Below are positions 15,986 through 28,822 of a stretch of DNA of 64,000 nucleotides, one piece after another. Location: assembly GCA_951406725.2 (NCBI GenBank), contig OX597821.1:97960001-98024000 (forward strand), given 5' to 3'. The notes beneath the pieces were generated by a model that saw only the letters and a list, made by a program, of their open reading frames with translations, was not told where the DNA came from and ran no database searches. The DNA is from Octopus vulgaris. Lineage: Eukaryota. How positions within the stretch are numbered: position 1 is the stretch's first letter; every line of letters starts with the position of its first letter. Both the position numbers and the translations under genes were made by a program.

Positions 15986-16274
15986 CTTTCCATTTTGTTA
16001 ATTGATTAACTGGATGAATCAAGAACTGAAACAATAACAAAAAAATGAAAAAAAATGCCAAACCAAAAAAAAATATATATATATTGAAAGAAATACAAAC
16101 AAACAAGCAAACAAAATACCATCCTGCTGCTTCCATTTGTGTGATAGAAGCTACGCTAAGAAGTCAATCAATACGTTACACACTGCTCAGTCCCTTACCA
16201 CCTCGAAAAACATTTTCTCAATATAGACAAAGTCTGTGTGTCATTGCCATTCAGTTGTCGATGCAAACATTTCC

Positions 16275-16590
16275 GTACTTGCTACACTACACAAGACTAC
16301 ACCATGCTACACTGCACTACTCCGTACTGTATTCCACTACACCATTCTACACTGCACCAAATAACATCACATATATTTCACAATCCTATTCTATAGCATA
16401 TCAAACTGCAACATAATACCACTCCACACAGCACTACACCTCACTACCTTTCACTACACTGAACTTCAATGCTACACTTACACTACACCACATCAGACTA
16501 TACACTACTCCACACAACATCCCATCTGGCCATAGCAAACCATACAATATTATAACACACTACATCACTTCATAGCATTATTACATAAAC
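16275..16590. repeat. Degenerate (CACTA)n pentamer repeat
   Basis: CTACACTACACAAGACTACACCATGCTACACTGCACTACTCC... Confidence 0.75.
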
Positions 16591-16599
16591 AAAGGAAGG

Positions 16600-16792
16600 T
16601 GCCTCTATTACAGTTACTAGGCCTGCTAGAAATAGCTGCTAATTCTTTTGAATGTATTTTTAAAGGAAGCACATATTGGATAATGTAATCCTAGATACAG
16701 TGCATCCAAATAAATGATGAGCTGGTCAAGAGTGGAGTACTTCTGATCATTGAGCTTCTTGATCAGGGCAGACCTAGGGTTAAACAGCCACA
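16600..16792 (+). repeat. Old unclassified interspersed repeat (other copies ~24885-25075 minus, ~25787-25880 minus, ~40895-41080 plus)
   Basis: Shared blocks CCTGCTAGAAATAGC, GGATAATGTAATCC, TGATCATAG...GATCAGGGC...CTAAACAAC among the copies. Confidence 0.6.
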
Positions 16793-16819
16793 ATGCTTCA
16801 TTATACTACATTACACAAA

Positions 16820-18143
16820 TATACAAAACACAGATTCCATCACATGCCAGTGGGGAAAGCTAGAAGTATTCGATAGTTTCTGTTACCTAGGTGACCAAGT
16901 CAGTAGCAGGGGTGAATGCTCTGAGAGCATAGCTGCTAGAATAAGAATAGGCTGGGCAAAGTTCAGAGAGCTCACACCTTTGTTGGTAACAAAGAGCCTA
17001 TCGCTCAGAGTGAAAGGCAGACTGTATGATGCCTGTGTGCAAACAGCCATGCTACATGGCAGTGAAACATGGGCTGTGACTGCTGAGGATATACATAGGC
17101 TTGTATGAAATGAAGCTAGTATGCTCCACTAGATGTGTAATGACAGTGTGCATGCATGACAGAGTGTAAGCATCCTGAGAGAAAAGTTGGACATAAGAAG
17201 CATCAGATAGGGTGTGCAAGAGAGATGACTGTGTTGATATGGCTATGTGATGTGTATGGATGAGGACAGCTGTGTGAAGAAGTGTTGCACTCTAATTGTG
17301 GAGGAAACTTGTGGAAGAGGTAGACCCAGCAAGACATCGGATGAGGTGGTGAAGCATGATCTTCGAATGTTGGGCCTCACCGAGGCAATGACAAGTGACC
17401 AAGGCCTTTGGAGATATGCCGTGATTGGGAAGAACCCATTAAGCCAAGAGAGATCATCGGCCTGGCCAATGCCAGTGTCATTTAATTAGCCCATTAAAAG
17501 CATCCTTCTATCGTTGGGCGATATGCTGTGCTTGTGAAGACCTGTCAAACCAAATGAAATCATAGTCCTGGCTGATGCCAGTGCCATCTGACTGCCACCA
17601 GTGCCAGTTGCATGTAAAAAGCACCATCCATGCATTGGGCCTCATGGAGGCCGTGATGTCATGCCAAGTGAGATCCTAGATGTGACCAATGCCAGTTTTG
17701 CATAACTGGCCCATTAAAAGCACCCCTTCGATCATTGGGCGATATGCTGTGCTTGTGAAGACCTGTTGAACCAAGTGAAATTGTAGTCATGACTGATGGT
17801 AATAACATCTGACTGGTACCCATGCCAATGGCACATAAAAAGCATAATTCAAGCATTGGGCCTCATGGAGGCAGTGACTAAGACCCTTGGCGATAAACTG
17901 TGTTTGTGTTGACCTGTCAAGCCAAGTGAGGCCACTGTCATATATATGACACCCATGCCAATGGCACATAAAAAGCACTCACTACACTCTCAGAGTGATT
18001 GGTGTTAGGAAGAGCATCCAACTATAGAAACCCTGCCAAATCAGATTGGAATCTGATGCAGCCCCTGGCTTACCAGTTTTCAGTCACACTGTCCAACCCA
18101 TGCCAGCATGGAAAGCAGACATTAAACGATGATGATGATGATG
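16820..18143 (+). mobile_element. RTE LINE 3' portion, decayed
   Basis: Encodes RIRIGWAKFREL, LSLRVKGRLYDACVQTAMLHGSETWAV and GRGRPSKT with stops; expanded 3' UTR modules; (GAT)n tail at ~18128-18143. Confidence 0.9.
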
Positions 18144-18469
18144 ATATATGGCTTATCAACAGAACACAGCTCACCACAATGTACTTAATACAGTTTATAA
18201 TTAATACTATGATTAGTAAGTTAATTCATTGAGCACTACACTGTATCTTTAAGTGCGGGGGATATTTGAAATGTATACCTTTTTAAATAAACATCCAATG
18301 TGGAATGTAAACAAAGCAGTTACATCAGAAGTACCAGTTTACAAACACTATAAATAGCAATAGGCTGCTGGTCTCTGACAAAGATCTAGGGAGACTAAAA
18401 ACTTGTCAGATTCATCCCTTTTTTTTTCTGTCCACAGAGAGATAAAACATGGTGTAAACACCTTGTTTA

Positions 18470-19400
18470 TTTTTATAATTAGTATAGTTTATTTTTAGTT
18501 GCATAATCAATAGTACAGTTAGGTTATTTTAAACTAGTAGTGTAATTTGTTTAGAATACAATTAATAGTATAATTAAAATAGAATATAATTTATAGTTTA
18601 TATAGTATGTAATCAACAGTATAGTCAGTATAGTAAATAATTATATACTGCAGTTAGTAGGATATATAATTAATGCTAAAATTAGTATAGTATAAAATTA
18701 ATAGCAATACATAGTTATATATTGTAGTTACTTGAGTATATAATCAATAGTATAGGTAGTTTAGCATTTGATTAATAATATAGTTAGTGAAGTATATAAT
18801 TATATGCAGTAACTAATAGGGTAATTATATACAGTAACTAGTTAGTGGTATGATTAGTATAGTGTAACATTAATAACAGTATATAATTATATACTGTAGT
18901 TAGTTGAGTATATAATGAATACAATAGGTAATGTAGCATTTAATTAATAGTACAGTTAGTGTTGTATATAATTATACACCATAATTAGTATAGTATATAA
19001 TTAATATTACAGTATATATTTATACTCTGTAGTTAGTATAATATACAATTAATTATATATTGTTGTCAATACAGAATATAGTTAATATCATATGTTGTGA
19101 TCAATACAGTATACCGTTAATGCAATATGATGGATCTTAAGTTACAGAGGAGTTAAAAAATTCAATATATTCATTTCTAATTCTGTTTATTACAGAAATA
19201 AATGTATTGATTTAAAAAAAATAAAAAACTCCAATAAAATTTATGACCACCCTGCATAATCATTATAACAGTTTATTTCTGTATATTATTAATAGTATAG
19301 ATAATAGAGTATGTGATTATTGTATTTAGCACAATATATAATAAATAGTATAGTTAATATATAGTATATCATTAATGTTATAATTAGTACAGCATAGTGA
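18470..19400. repeat. AT-rich degenerate tandem / low-complexity region
   Basis: Recurring AGTATATAATTATATACTGTAGTTAGT-like units. Confidence 0.7.
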
Positions 19401-19419
19401 TAACACTGTTTGCGCATTG

Positions 19420-19820
19420 CAGGAGTGGCTGTGTGGTAAGTAGCTTGCTAACCAACCACATGGTTCCAGGTTCAGTCCCACTGCGTGACATCTTGGGCAA
19501 GTGTCTTCTGCTATAGCCCCGGGCCGACCAATGCCTTGTGAGTGGATTTGGTAGACGGAAACTGAAAGAAGCCTGTCGTATATATATATATATGTATGTG
19601 CGTTTGTTTGTGTGTCTGTGTTTGTCCCCCTAGCATTGCTTGACAACCGATGCTGGTGTGTTTATGTCCCCGTTACTTAGCGGTTCAGCAAAAGAGACCG
19701 ATAGAATAAGTACTGGGTTTACAATGAATAAGTCCCGGGGTCGAGTTGCTCGATTAAAAGGCGGTGCTCCAGCATGGCCGCAGTCAAATGACTGAAACAA
19801 GTAAAAGAGTAAAAGAGTAA
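19420..19820 (+). mobile_element. SINE family A (CORE-like)
   Basis: Full match to the other family A copies from head to (GTAAAAGA)n tail. Confidence 0.9.
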
Positions 19821-20099
19821 TTGATAATATAAGGAAACATGATTGTTCTGGTGTTCTTCACAGATTTCCTGAAATTGGTTAAATGGATACAGATGATGTT
19901 CTAATTGCACTATTAGAAGTCTACACCTGAGGCTAGACATGTGCAGTTACAGAATTCCTGAGAGTTGACATTCTGAAGAGGAAGGATTGAGAAAGTAAAT
20001 TGTATGGGACAAGAGTTGGGGTGGGAGATGGAGTAGGTGTGTTAAATAAGTCAGGGTGGAGATGTGTTCAGAAGCCATTGTGGTAGTAGTGGTAAAATA

Positions 20100-20324
20100 T
20101 ATTTCTTTACTACCCACATGGGGCTAAACATAGAGGGGACAAACAAGGACAGACAAATGGATTAAGTGGATTACATCGACCCCAGTGCGTAACTGGTACT
20201 TAATTTATCGACCCCGAAAGGATAAAAGGCAAAGTCGACCTCGGCGGAATTTGAACCTAGAACGTAATGGCAGACGAAATACAGCTACGCATCTCGCCCG
20301 GCGTGCTAACGTTTCTGCCAGCTC
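20100..20324 (-). mobile_element. SINE family B (Nin-like)
   Basis: Matches 281-513. Confidence 0.9.
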
Positions 20325-20714
20325 AGTAATGTAACAACATGTGAGTTTGACATTGAATGAAGTGTGTCGGTGAATTAACCCATGCCATTCAGCCAGACAA
20401 CTTGCATTTTTGGCACGGTCTGGATGTTTTGAGGGTAGCAGCAGCATCTCTCTTTCTGATGTGGGACCTACCCTTATTCTGTTGTGATCTCACTTTAGCT
20501 TTGTAGAGTTTTATCAACTGTTCTGAGCTGAAATTTCAGGCTCTGAAGAAGTCTGGGCTTCAAGATACAGTTTTTGTATGTTGTGGATGTAAGATCATCA
20601 GGAAAGATCATCAGTGATGGTGAAACCTAGCATTCCTAAAGATTCTAAGATCTTACAATTAATGCTATAATTAATAGTACCAAGCTAAATCTATTATTAC
20701 AGCTTATAGATATT

Positions 20715-21135
20715 ACTCTCTTTTTACTCTCTTTTACTCTTTTGCTTGTTTCAGTCATTTGACTGTGGCCATGCTGGAGCACCGCCTTTAGTCGAGCAAA
20801 TCAACCCCGGGACTTATTCTTTGTAAGCCCAGTACTTATTCTATCGGTCTCTTTTGCCGAACCGCTAAATAACGGGGACGTAAACACACCAGCATCGGTT
20901 GTCAAGCAATGCTAGGGGGACAAGCACAGACTCCCAAACACACACATATATATATATATATATACATATATACGACAGGCTTCTTTCAGTTTCCGTCTAC
21001 CAAATCCACTCACAAGGCATTGGTCGGCACGAGGCTATAGTAGAAGATACTTGCCCAAGATGCCACGCAGTGGGACTGAACCCGGAACCATGTGGTTGGT
21101 AAGCAAGCTACTTACCACACAGCCACTCCTGTGCC
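20715..21135 (-). mobile_element. SINE family A (CORE-like)
   Basis: Matches 5909-6316; short TATTACT repeat at both junctions. Confidence 0.9.
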
Positions 21136-21609
21136 TATTACTATATTAAATTTGATAATAAAATTAATATGATAATTGATGTTCTTGTTAATTACATTGT
21201 ATATAACCAATATTATAGTCAATTATATAGATGGATCCCTGTCAGAATTTCCAACATTGAATTTTCAGCTGTGCAATCAACTGACCTATCAAATTTATTG
21301 AATTAAGTGACCGAGTATTCCACAGACATATCTATTCTGAATGAAATTTTCAAATCAGTGTAACAAGGAGAACATTTGAATTTGATGGCTCTCTACACAG
21401 TTTCCATCAGCCCAATGTTGCTCATAAGTTATGAGTCAACTCAAGGGTATAGGAAATAACCCCAACCGAAACTGCCATACAGTAGGATTGAACCAAGTCC
21501 TCATAATTACTAAGTGAATTTCTAAATCACAGCAGTCAATAATACACTACATTTTTGATGCTCTAAAATATTATGTATATATTATGTATATATATATTAT
21601 GTATATATA

Positions 21610-23019
21610 TCATCATCATCATCATCATTTAGCGTCCGTTTTCCATGCTAGCATGGGTTGGACGGTTTAACTGGGGGTCTGTGAAGCCGGAAGGCTTCAT
21701 CAGGCCCAGTCTGATCTGGCAGTGTTTCTACAGCTGGATGCCCTTCCTAACGCCAACCACTCCGTGAGTGTAGTAGGTGCTTTTTACGTGCCACCTGCAC
21801 AGGTGCCAGACAGAGCTGGCAACGGACATGAACGGATGGTGCTTTTACGTGCTACCGGTACGGGGGCCAGGCGAGGCTGGCAACAGACACGAACGGATGG
21901 TGCTTTTACGTGCTACCGGCACGGGGGCCAGGCGAGGCTGGCAACGGACACGAGCGGATGGTGCTTTTACGTGCCAATGGCACGGGGTCCAGGCGAGGCT
22001 GGCAACGGACAAACGATCGGATGGTTCGCTTAACCACAGCTGCAATTTCCACTGATGTTGATTTGGTTTGATTTTGACTGTTCTCACTGGTCTTGCCGGG
22101 TCTTCTCACACACAGCATACTTCCATAGGTCTCAGTCTCTAGTCATTTCCTTGGTGAGACCTAAAGTTCGAAGGTCGTGCTTCACCACCTCGTCCCAGGT
22201 TTTCCTGGGTCTACCTCTTCCACAGGTTTCCTCAACTGCTAGAGTGTGGCACTTTTGCACACAACTATCTTCACTCATTCTCGTCACATGCCCATACCAA
22301 CGCAGACGTCTCTCTTGCACACCACAACTGATGCTTCTTAGGTTCAACTTTTCTCTCAAGGTACTTACACTCTGTCGATTATGAACACTGACATTACACA
22401 TCCATCGGAGCATACTGGCTTCATTTCTTGCAAGCTTACGCATATCCTCAGCAGTCACAGCCCATGTTTCACTACCATGTAGCATGGCTGTACGTACACA
22501 TGCATCATACAGTCTGCCTTTTACTCTGAGCGAGAGGCCTTTTGTCACCAGCAGAGGTAAGAGCTCCCTAAACTTTGCCCAGGCTATCCTTACTCTAGCC
22601 GTTACACTTTCAGCACACCCACCCCCACTACTGACTTGGTCACCAAGATAACGGAAGCTATCAACTACTTCTAGTTTTACCCCCTGGAAAGTGACGGAAG
22701 TTGTTTTCTGCAGACTTTCAGATGTTAATGCTCCCAAGCATCTGCCACATACAAAAACCATCTTCCTAGTTAGCCTTCCTTTGACATTGCTGCACCTCTT
22801 ATGTGTCCATAGCTTAAACTTGGTGCATCTTATAGAGTTTCTACCTACACCTTTTCTACAGATCGAGCAGGGCCATCTACCTGAAGGCGTTTGTGATTTG
22901 TCTACCTTCCTACTTATTACGACTTTGGTTTTAGCTAGATTGACTCTAAGGCCCTTCGATTCTAAACCTTGCTTCCACACCTGAAACTTCTCCTCCAGTT
23001 CTGATAGTGACTCAGCAAT
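21610..23019 (-). mobile_element. Young 5'-truncated RTE LINE (RT C-terminal half with open frame, plus 3' UTR)
   Basis: Open frame IAESLSELEEKF...GLRVNLAKTKV...FRYLG...MLHGSETWA...RLRWYGHV...GRGRPRKTW. (CAT)n at 21610 is the tail. Confidence 0.95.
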
Positions 23020-23024
23020 ATATA

Positions 23025-23291
23025 CGTGTCGGTGGCACGTAAAAAGCACCATCCGAATCGTGGCCGAAGCCAGTGCCGCCTCGACTGGCTTCTGTGCAGG
23101 TGGCACGTAAAAAGCACCCACTACACTCACGGAGTGGTTGGCGTTAGGAAGGGCATCCAGCTGTAGAAACATTGCCAGATAAGACCGGAGCCTGGTGCAG
23201 CCTTCTGGCTTCCCAGATCCCCGGTCGAACCGTCCAACCCATGCTAGCATGGAGAACGGACGTTAAACGATGATGATGATGATGATGATGA
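23025..23291 (+). mobile_element. RTE LINE 3' UTR fragment, head-to-head with the previous copy
   Basis: Two GGTGGCACGTAAAAAGCACC modules and a (GAT)n tail. Confidence 0.9.
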
Positions 23292-23371
23292 TATATATAT
23301 ATCATGTTAGTATATATCTCATTCATTTATATACTTACTGATACAGTGAAGATAGTTAATTCTATAGTCAA

Positions 23372-23742
23372 CCCTTTTGCATTTAAAATGGTCATATCCA
23401 GCTAAAGCATTCTACCTGTTTTATACCCAAACTGACCAGATCTGGCCTCTCGTATCTAGCCTACAATATCAGTGTAAAACTAAACAATCACATCATCAAA
23501 ATCTTGAAGCTACGAGATATTACTCTTTTACTCTTTTACTTGTTTCAGTCATTTGACTGCGGCCATGCTGGAGCACCGCCTTTAGTCAAGCAACTCGACC
23601 CCAGGACTTATTCTTTGTAAGTCTAGTACTTATTCTATCGGTCTCTTTTGCCGAACCACTAAGTTACGGGGACATAAACACACCAGCATCGGTTGTCAAG
23701 CAATGCTAGGGGGACAAACACAGACACACAAACATACACGCG

Positions 23743-23792
<50 letters not shown>

Positions 23793-24032
23793 TACGACGG
23801 GCTTCTTTCAGTTTCCGTCTACCAAATCCACTCACAAGGCTTTGGTCGGCCCGAGGCTATAGTAGAAGACACTTGCCCAAGCTGCCACGCAGTGGGACTG
23901 AACCCGGAACCATGTGGTTGGTAAGCAAGCTACTTACCACACAGCCACGCCTGCACCTATATGCAGGATTAATTCAAAACAATGTGTATAAACACACATT
24001 GCATTTGTCATAATAATCTGAATGCCAAAGAG
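23372..24032. mobile_element. piggyBac-type MITE interrupted by a SINE
   Basis: Ends TCAA-CCCTTTTGCATT and AATGCCAAAGAG-TTAA: degenerate TIRs with a TTAA-type target site. Confidence 0.6.
23522..23957 (-). mobile_element. SINE family A (CORE-like), nested in the MITE
   Basis: Matches the other family A copies. Confidence 0.9.
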
Positions 24033-24263
24033 TTAACACTAGAGCAGCCATAGAACACATAGAACAGATAAACCTGTATTTAATAGACATATATAATTTA
24101 TAGATTACACTCTATATATAGTCATCTGATCATTACATATGATCTAAAGATTATATTTAACATTATAGTCCTGAGATGATACCATTGGTAATAACACAGA
24201 TGATAATATACTTAATGGGAATGGAACTTAATACTATAATATACTGATAAAACTATTGTTCAT

Positions 24264-24327
<64 letters not shown>

Positions 24328-24549
24328 TGTGTGTGAAACAATAAGTCATACAGTTAATAATGTGGTAGGTGTAGATTATATTGTGGTTACTACTATAGTA
24401 TAGTTAAATGGTGCAGTTAGTAAGCAATGGTATATCATAGTGGACAGCACTACAGCTATACAGGACATTCCAACTACACAGGACAGAATAACTGTTCTGG
24501 ATATAGTTGTTAGTCTCATTACTGAAACACGTCAGATGATGTACCTTTA

Positions 24550-24852
24550 CCATTACTAGCAAGAACAGTAGTAGCAACAACAACAGCAGCACCAGCACCA
24601 GCAGTAGCACACTATCATCACTAGCAGTAGCACCATCATCACCACCACCATCAGTAAGTAGGACCATCACCAGCACTACTACTAACAACAACACTATCGG
24701 CACCACCACTACTGCCACTACCCCCCACCATTACTATGACTATCATTAGTAAAACCACTAGCCAATAGTGCCACTCACTATCACTAGCACTACTACCACC
24801 ATAATCTCTCCCACTGCCACTACACCGGCAACAGCAGCATCAACAACAGCAG
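24550..24852. repeat. Degenerate trinucleotide tract (CAC/CAG/TAC/CAA)
   Basis: Directly visible. Confidence 0.8.
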
Positions 24853-25300
24853 GGTGAGTGACTGTAGCTGACGTTAACGGTGGTGTAGTTGGTGATGTTC
24901 AAGCCTGACTGAACAGATCTATGATCAAAGACATTCCAATATTGACCATCCCATCTTTCTGAGTAACAGGGATTACATATCTTTCTGCAATGTGTCCCTT
25001 TTTTTTTTTTGTTTGAAGATGGTAGTGTTTAATTCAAATGAATTGACCCGTTATTTCTAGAAAGTTGAATGACTGCATTGAAGCTCGTTAGAGTCCAGGT
25101 GTTGTTTTGGTGGTAGTGTGTGGGGGTGGGGGGAGGTAGCTTGATGGTAGTGGCACTGATGATATTGATGATAACAGAGGTGTTGATTTTCTGGTTGATG
25201 TTATGGTTATGCTGATGATGGAGGGTTATGTTGGTGGTGGTGGTGGTGGCTATTTAGCTTCTGTGAACAAACCTGATGTAACATGTATTTAACTACAATT

Positions 25301-25349
<49 letters not shown>

Positions 25350-25404
25350 AGAAGACAGTATATATCTGTGTTACATCAGTTAGATGATAGCTAAAAAGCA
25401 GTAT

Positions 25405-25630
25405 AGCTTGGCAGAAACGTTAGCATGCCGGGCGAAATGCGTAGCCGTAATTCGTCTGTCATTACATTGTGAGTTCAAATTCCGCCGAGGTCGACTTTGC
25501 CTTTCATTCTTTCGGGGTCGATAAATTAAGTACCAGTTACGCACTGGGGTCGATGTAATTGACTTAATACCTATGTCTGTCTTTGTTTGTCCCCTCTATG
25601 TTTAGCTCCTTGTGGGTAGTAAAGAAATAG
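25405..25630 (+). mobile_element. SINE family B (Nin-like)
   Basis: TGGCAGAAACGTTAGC...GAGTTCAAATTCCGCCGAGGTCGACTTTGCC...GTAAAGAAATAG. Confidence 0.9.
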
Positions 25631-26006
25631 GTATTGTAATCAGAAGGTAGAGCACCCAGATTGTGCAGTAGCTTGTTAGTTGTATAGCTAGGTGGTGTTG
25701 CAGATAGGTAATGTGACATTTAGATGGTGTTACAACTAGGTGGTAGTATAACTAAAAGATTGTATAGATAAGTAATAGTTGTTGCTCAACCTCAGATTGA
25801 CCATACATATGATCAAAGGAATTCCTACTGTGACCATTCCACCTTTTTTTTAGAATATATATGACTACATTATCTAATGTCTAAAATATGTCTGGAGTTG
25901 TTACTCTACTGCTAATGACCAGATTTGCTCTCCACTGCATAACATATTTAATTTTAATTAATTATAGTTTCAAGGTTGTCTCCCTTGCCTTTTTAATTGG
26001 AATTTA

Positions 26007-26391
26007 TCTTTATATATAAAAGTGAAGTTGTGTGTCTGTCTCCTATGATTTAGATTCCTAACTACTCCCACATTTTGCGGTGCAGTTTAACCATCTTATA
26101 GTCGTGATTCATATCGAGCCCTTCTGAGTATTAGCACACGTCTACGATGAGTCTATGATTTTAAAAAAAATTTACCATCAATTTTTCCCATTTTTTAATG
26201 CATTTTTGGCATATATAAGGGAAGTAACTCTCTAAAAATTTATTATTAAATCTCAGAACGTAAAAAGCTACAGTAACATCCCCCCCTTTGTGGTTAGCCA
26301 TATTGAGATGGCTATTATACTTTACATCTCTAAAAATGCTTATATAGTTATTTCCCTTACAAACCCGAGCAACGCCGGGTGATACTGCTAG
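26007..26391 (+). mobile_element. Short non-autonomous Helitron
   Basis: 5' A|TCTTTATATATAAAA; subterminal GC hairpin ACCCGAGCAACGCCGGGT (26363-26380); 3' CTAG|T; no TSD. Confidence 0.8.
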
Positions 26392-26674
26392 TCATTTATA
26401 AAAAGATACTTCTCTCTATGAATTTAATCTTAATTAATTAAAAGTTTTTGGTTAACAGTGATTTCTTTTTTCTGTTTTCTTGCCCTCTGGAATGGGGAGA
26501 CATTAATTAAGGTAAGATCATTTTGTTGTTTGCCTATTCTTCCATAGGACTGCTTCAGTGTATAATAGGTGTGTCAAGGAATGTAAGGATTAAGAGTGAA
26601 ATAATAATGTTGTTGAATGGCAAGACAGATGTGGTCATGTGAGTGAAGAAAGTACAACTATTAGTAAAATGCCC

Positions 26675-27150
26675 TCCATCAGGCATTTACCAGATTCTGA
26701 ATTTGAAACTCTGATGTCTGGCAGCTGACTTGGCAGACACCCATAAAATTATCAACCATCTTACAAACAATAACTCTGAGAACCTTTTCAAACTCCACCT
26801 GTCTAACACCCGTGGACATATTTACAAAGTCAGAAAACAGCACAGCTCCCATGACTTTAGGAAACATTTTTTCATGCTGAGAGTTGCTGAAGCATGGAAC
26901 AAACTGCCGGCATCAGTTGTTAGTTGTTGGAGCACTGCATCCTTCAAAACTTCCATGCTTTCTGAGATTCGCCAACACCACACCTGATTTCCTCCCCTCC
27001 ATACACACACAAGCATGTATCTGACTCATGCATTGTTCGCTTTCCAGACATTTGTACCTTACTGCATATGCTTTATATGCACTTTCTGACAAGTTGTGGT
27101 GCACCTGAGCACTGTATACAATAATTTCATTATTATATATGTTATTATTA
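26675..27150 (+). mobile_element. CR1-clade LINE 3' end
   Basis: Encodes NTRGHIYKV...RKHFFMLRVAEAWNKLP, followed by 3' UTR and (ATT)n-like tail. Second copy near 60083. Confidence 0.85.
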
Positions 27151-27619
27151 AAACTACAGAGTGTGTCAGATGTGAGTTTAATGCCACTGTATCTAGAATC
27201 AGATGTGTTGGTATTGTACGTGAGGATGAATGATGAAGACCAGCTGAGTGCAGGAAAATAAAAGTCAGATTGAAAGAAGACTTCTTAGGGGTAAGGGGAG
27301 TTTGTGAGCTTTGGCTGGCTAGGAAGAATTATGTGGACCGAGGGACAAGTAATGTTTGCTAATGAGTTTAAAAGGTTGGCTGGGCTAACCAGATTTACCA
27401 GTAGTAGATTAGAAGTTATGGTTAAACTAGGATTCATAGCTTCCTTGATCACATTTCAGTAGGGCTGCGACTTTTCCAAGACATTGAGACTATGTGTTGG
27501 AGATTTAGTGACTTGAGCTAAGGCATTAATTTTGAACACAATAATGGCTTCAGTGAGACCAGATATAATAAATCAGCAAACTTTAAGTAGAGGAATGGTT
27601 GTATACTGTCAATCTAACC

Positions 27620-28044
27620 AGAGCAAATCTGGTCATTAGCAGTAGAGTAACAACTCCAGACATATTTTAGACATTAGATAATGTAGTCATATATATTCTA
27701 AAAAAAAGGTGGAATGGTCACAGTAGGAATTCCTTTGATCATATGTATGGTCAATCTGAGGTTGAGCAACAACTATTACTTATCTATACAATCTTTTAGT
27801 TATACTACCACCTAGTTGTAACACCATCTAAATGTCACATTACCTATCTGCAACACCACCTAGCTATACAACTAACAAGCTACTGCACAATCTGGGTGCT
27901 CTACCTTCTGATTACAATACCTATTTCTTTACTACCCACAAGGAGCTAAACATAGAGGGGACAAACAAAGACAGACATAGGTATTAAGTCAATTACATCG
28001 ACCCCAGTGCGTAACTGGTACTTAATTTATCGACCCCAAAAGAA
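27620..28044 (-). repeat. 425-bp near-perfect inverted duplicate of 25507-25931
   Basis: Reverse-complement identity covering SINE and non-SINE sequence; one mismatch seen (CCCCG vs CCCCA). Confidence 0.95.
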
Positions 28045-28822
28045 CGTGACAGTAGGGGGTTACACCACCGCTGTGTAACCCCCTACTGTCACGTTCACGT
28101 TAGATTGACAGTATACAACCATTCTATCGCCCCACCACCGTACATATCTCTATGAGGGATTTAGAAATTTTATATTTCTGATTTAAGTAGAGGGATTAAG
28201 AGGAAAAAGAAGACAGGTTCAAACATTCAAGAAACATTGCTTTTAGTGTCAAGGGTCACATATGGTCGTGGATTATGAGCCCTACCTAAATTGATTTTCT
28301 ATTGATGTGGCCAAGCAGGATAATAGTAAACTATTGTAACTAGGGCAACAGTCAGGAATGCTAGCTACCCGGTCAACTGAGTAGAGGTGCTCCTACATTC
28401 AGCTGCTGCATGCAGTGGAAGTTCTAAGCAGGTGGGTGTTGAGAGCCCATGTTGGCTCATGCTGCACAACCACTTTTTTGACCCCATGGCTGGGAGTAGG
28501 ACGAATGACTTAAAGGCAATCAATGAAAGAGAAATTAAGTGTGGAGGTACTAGCACTGTAGAGTTGATGATACATGGAATATGATTAAAGATCCAGGTAA
28601 ACATGATTAACTACTTCATTGATGGTGTTGGTGAATGATGGGTGTAAATGGGAGGTATTATAATCAGTAGGGATGAATTAGAATTTGGAGGAGCACAATT
28701 TGCCATGGGTGTGCAAAACCAAAATGTGAGGACTGTGGAATTGCTGAAGCAAGCATGGAGAAAGAAATGTCTCTTGTAAGATTGAAAGCAAGAATTTCCA
28801 TGAAATGACTGACAATAAGCAA

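Noticed and set aside
18372-18410. Fourth hammerhead-like motif TCT-CTGACAA...AAAAC-TT-GTC-AGA
   Set aside because: Both catalytic boxes are mutated and stem II is poor; at most a dead remnant.
22132-23250. 372-aa ORF as a host gene
   Set aside because: Chimera of antisense RTE UTR and a truncated RT lacking the YADD catalytic motif.
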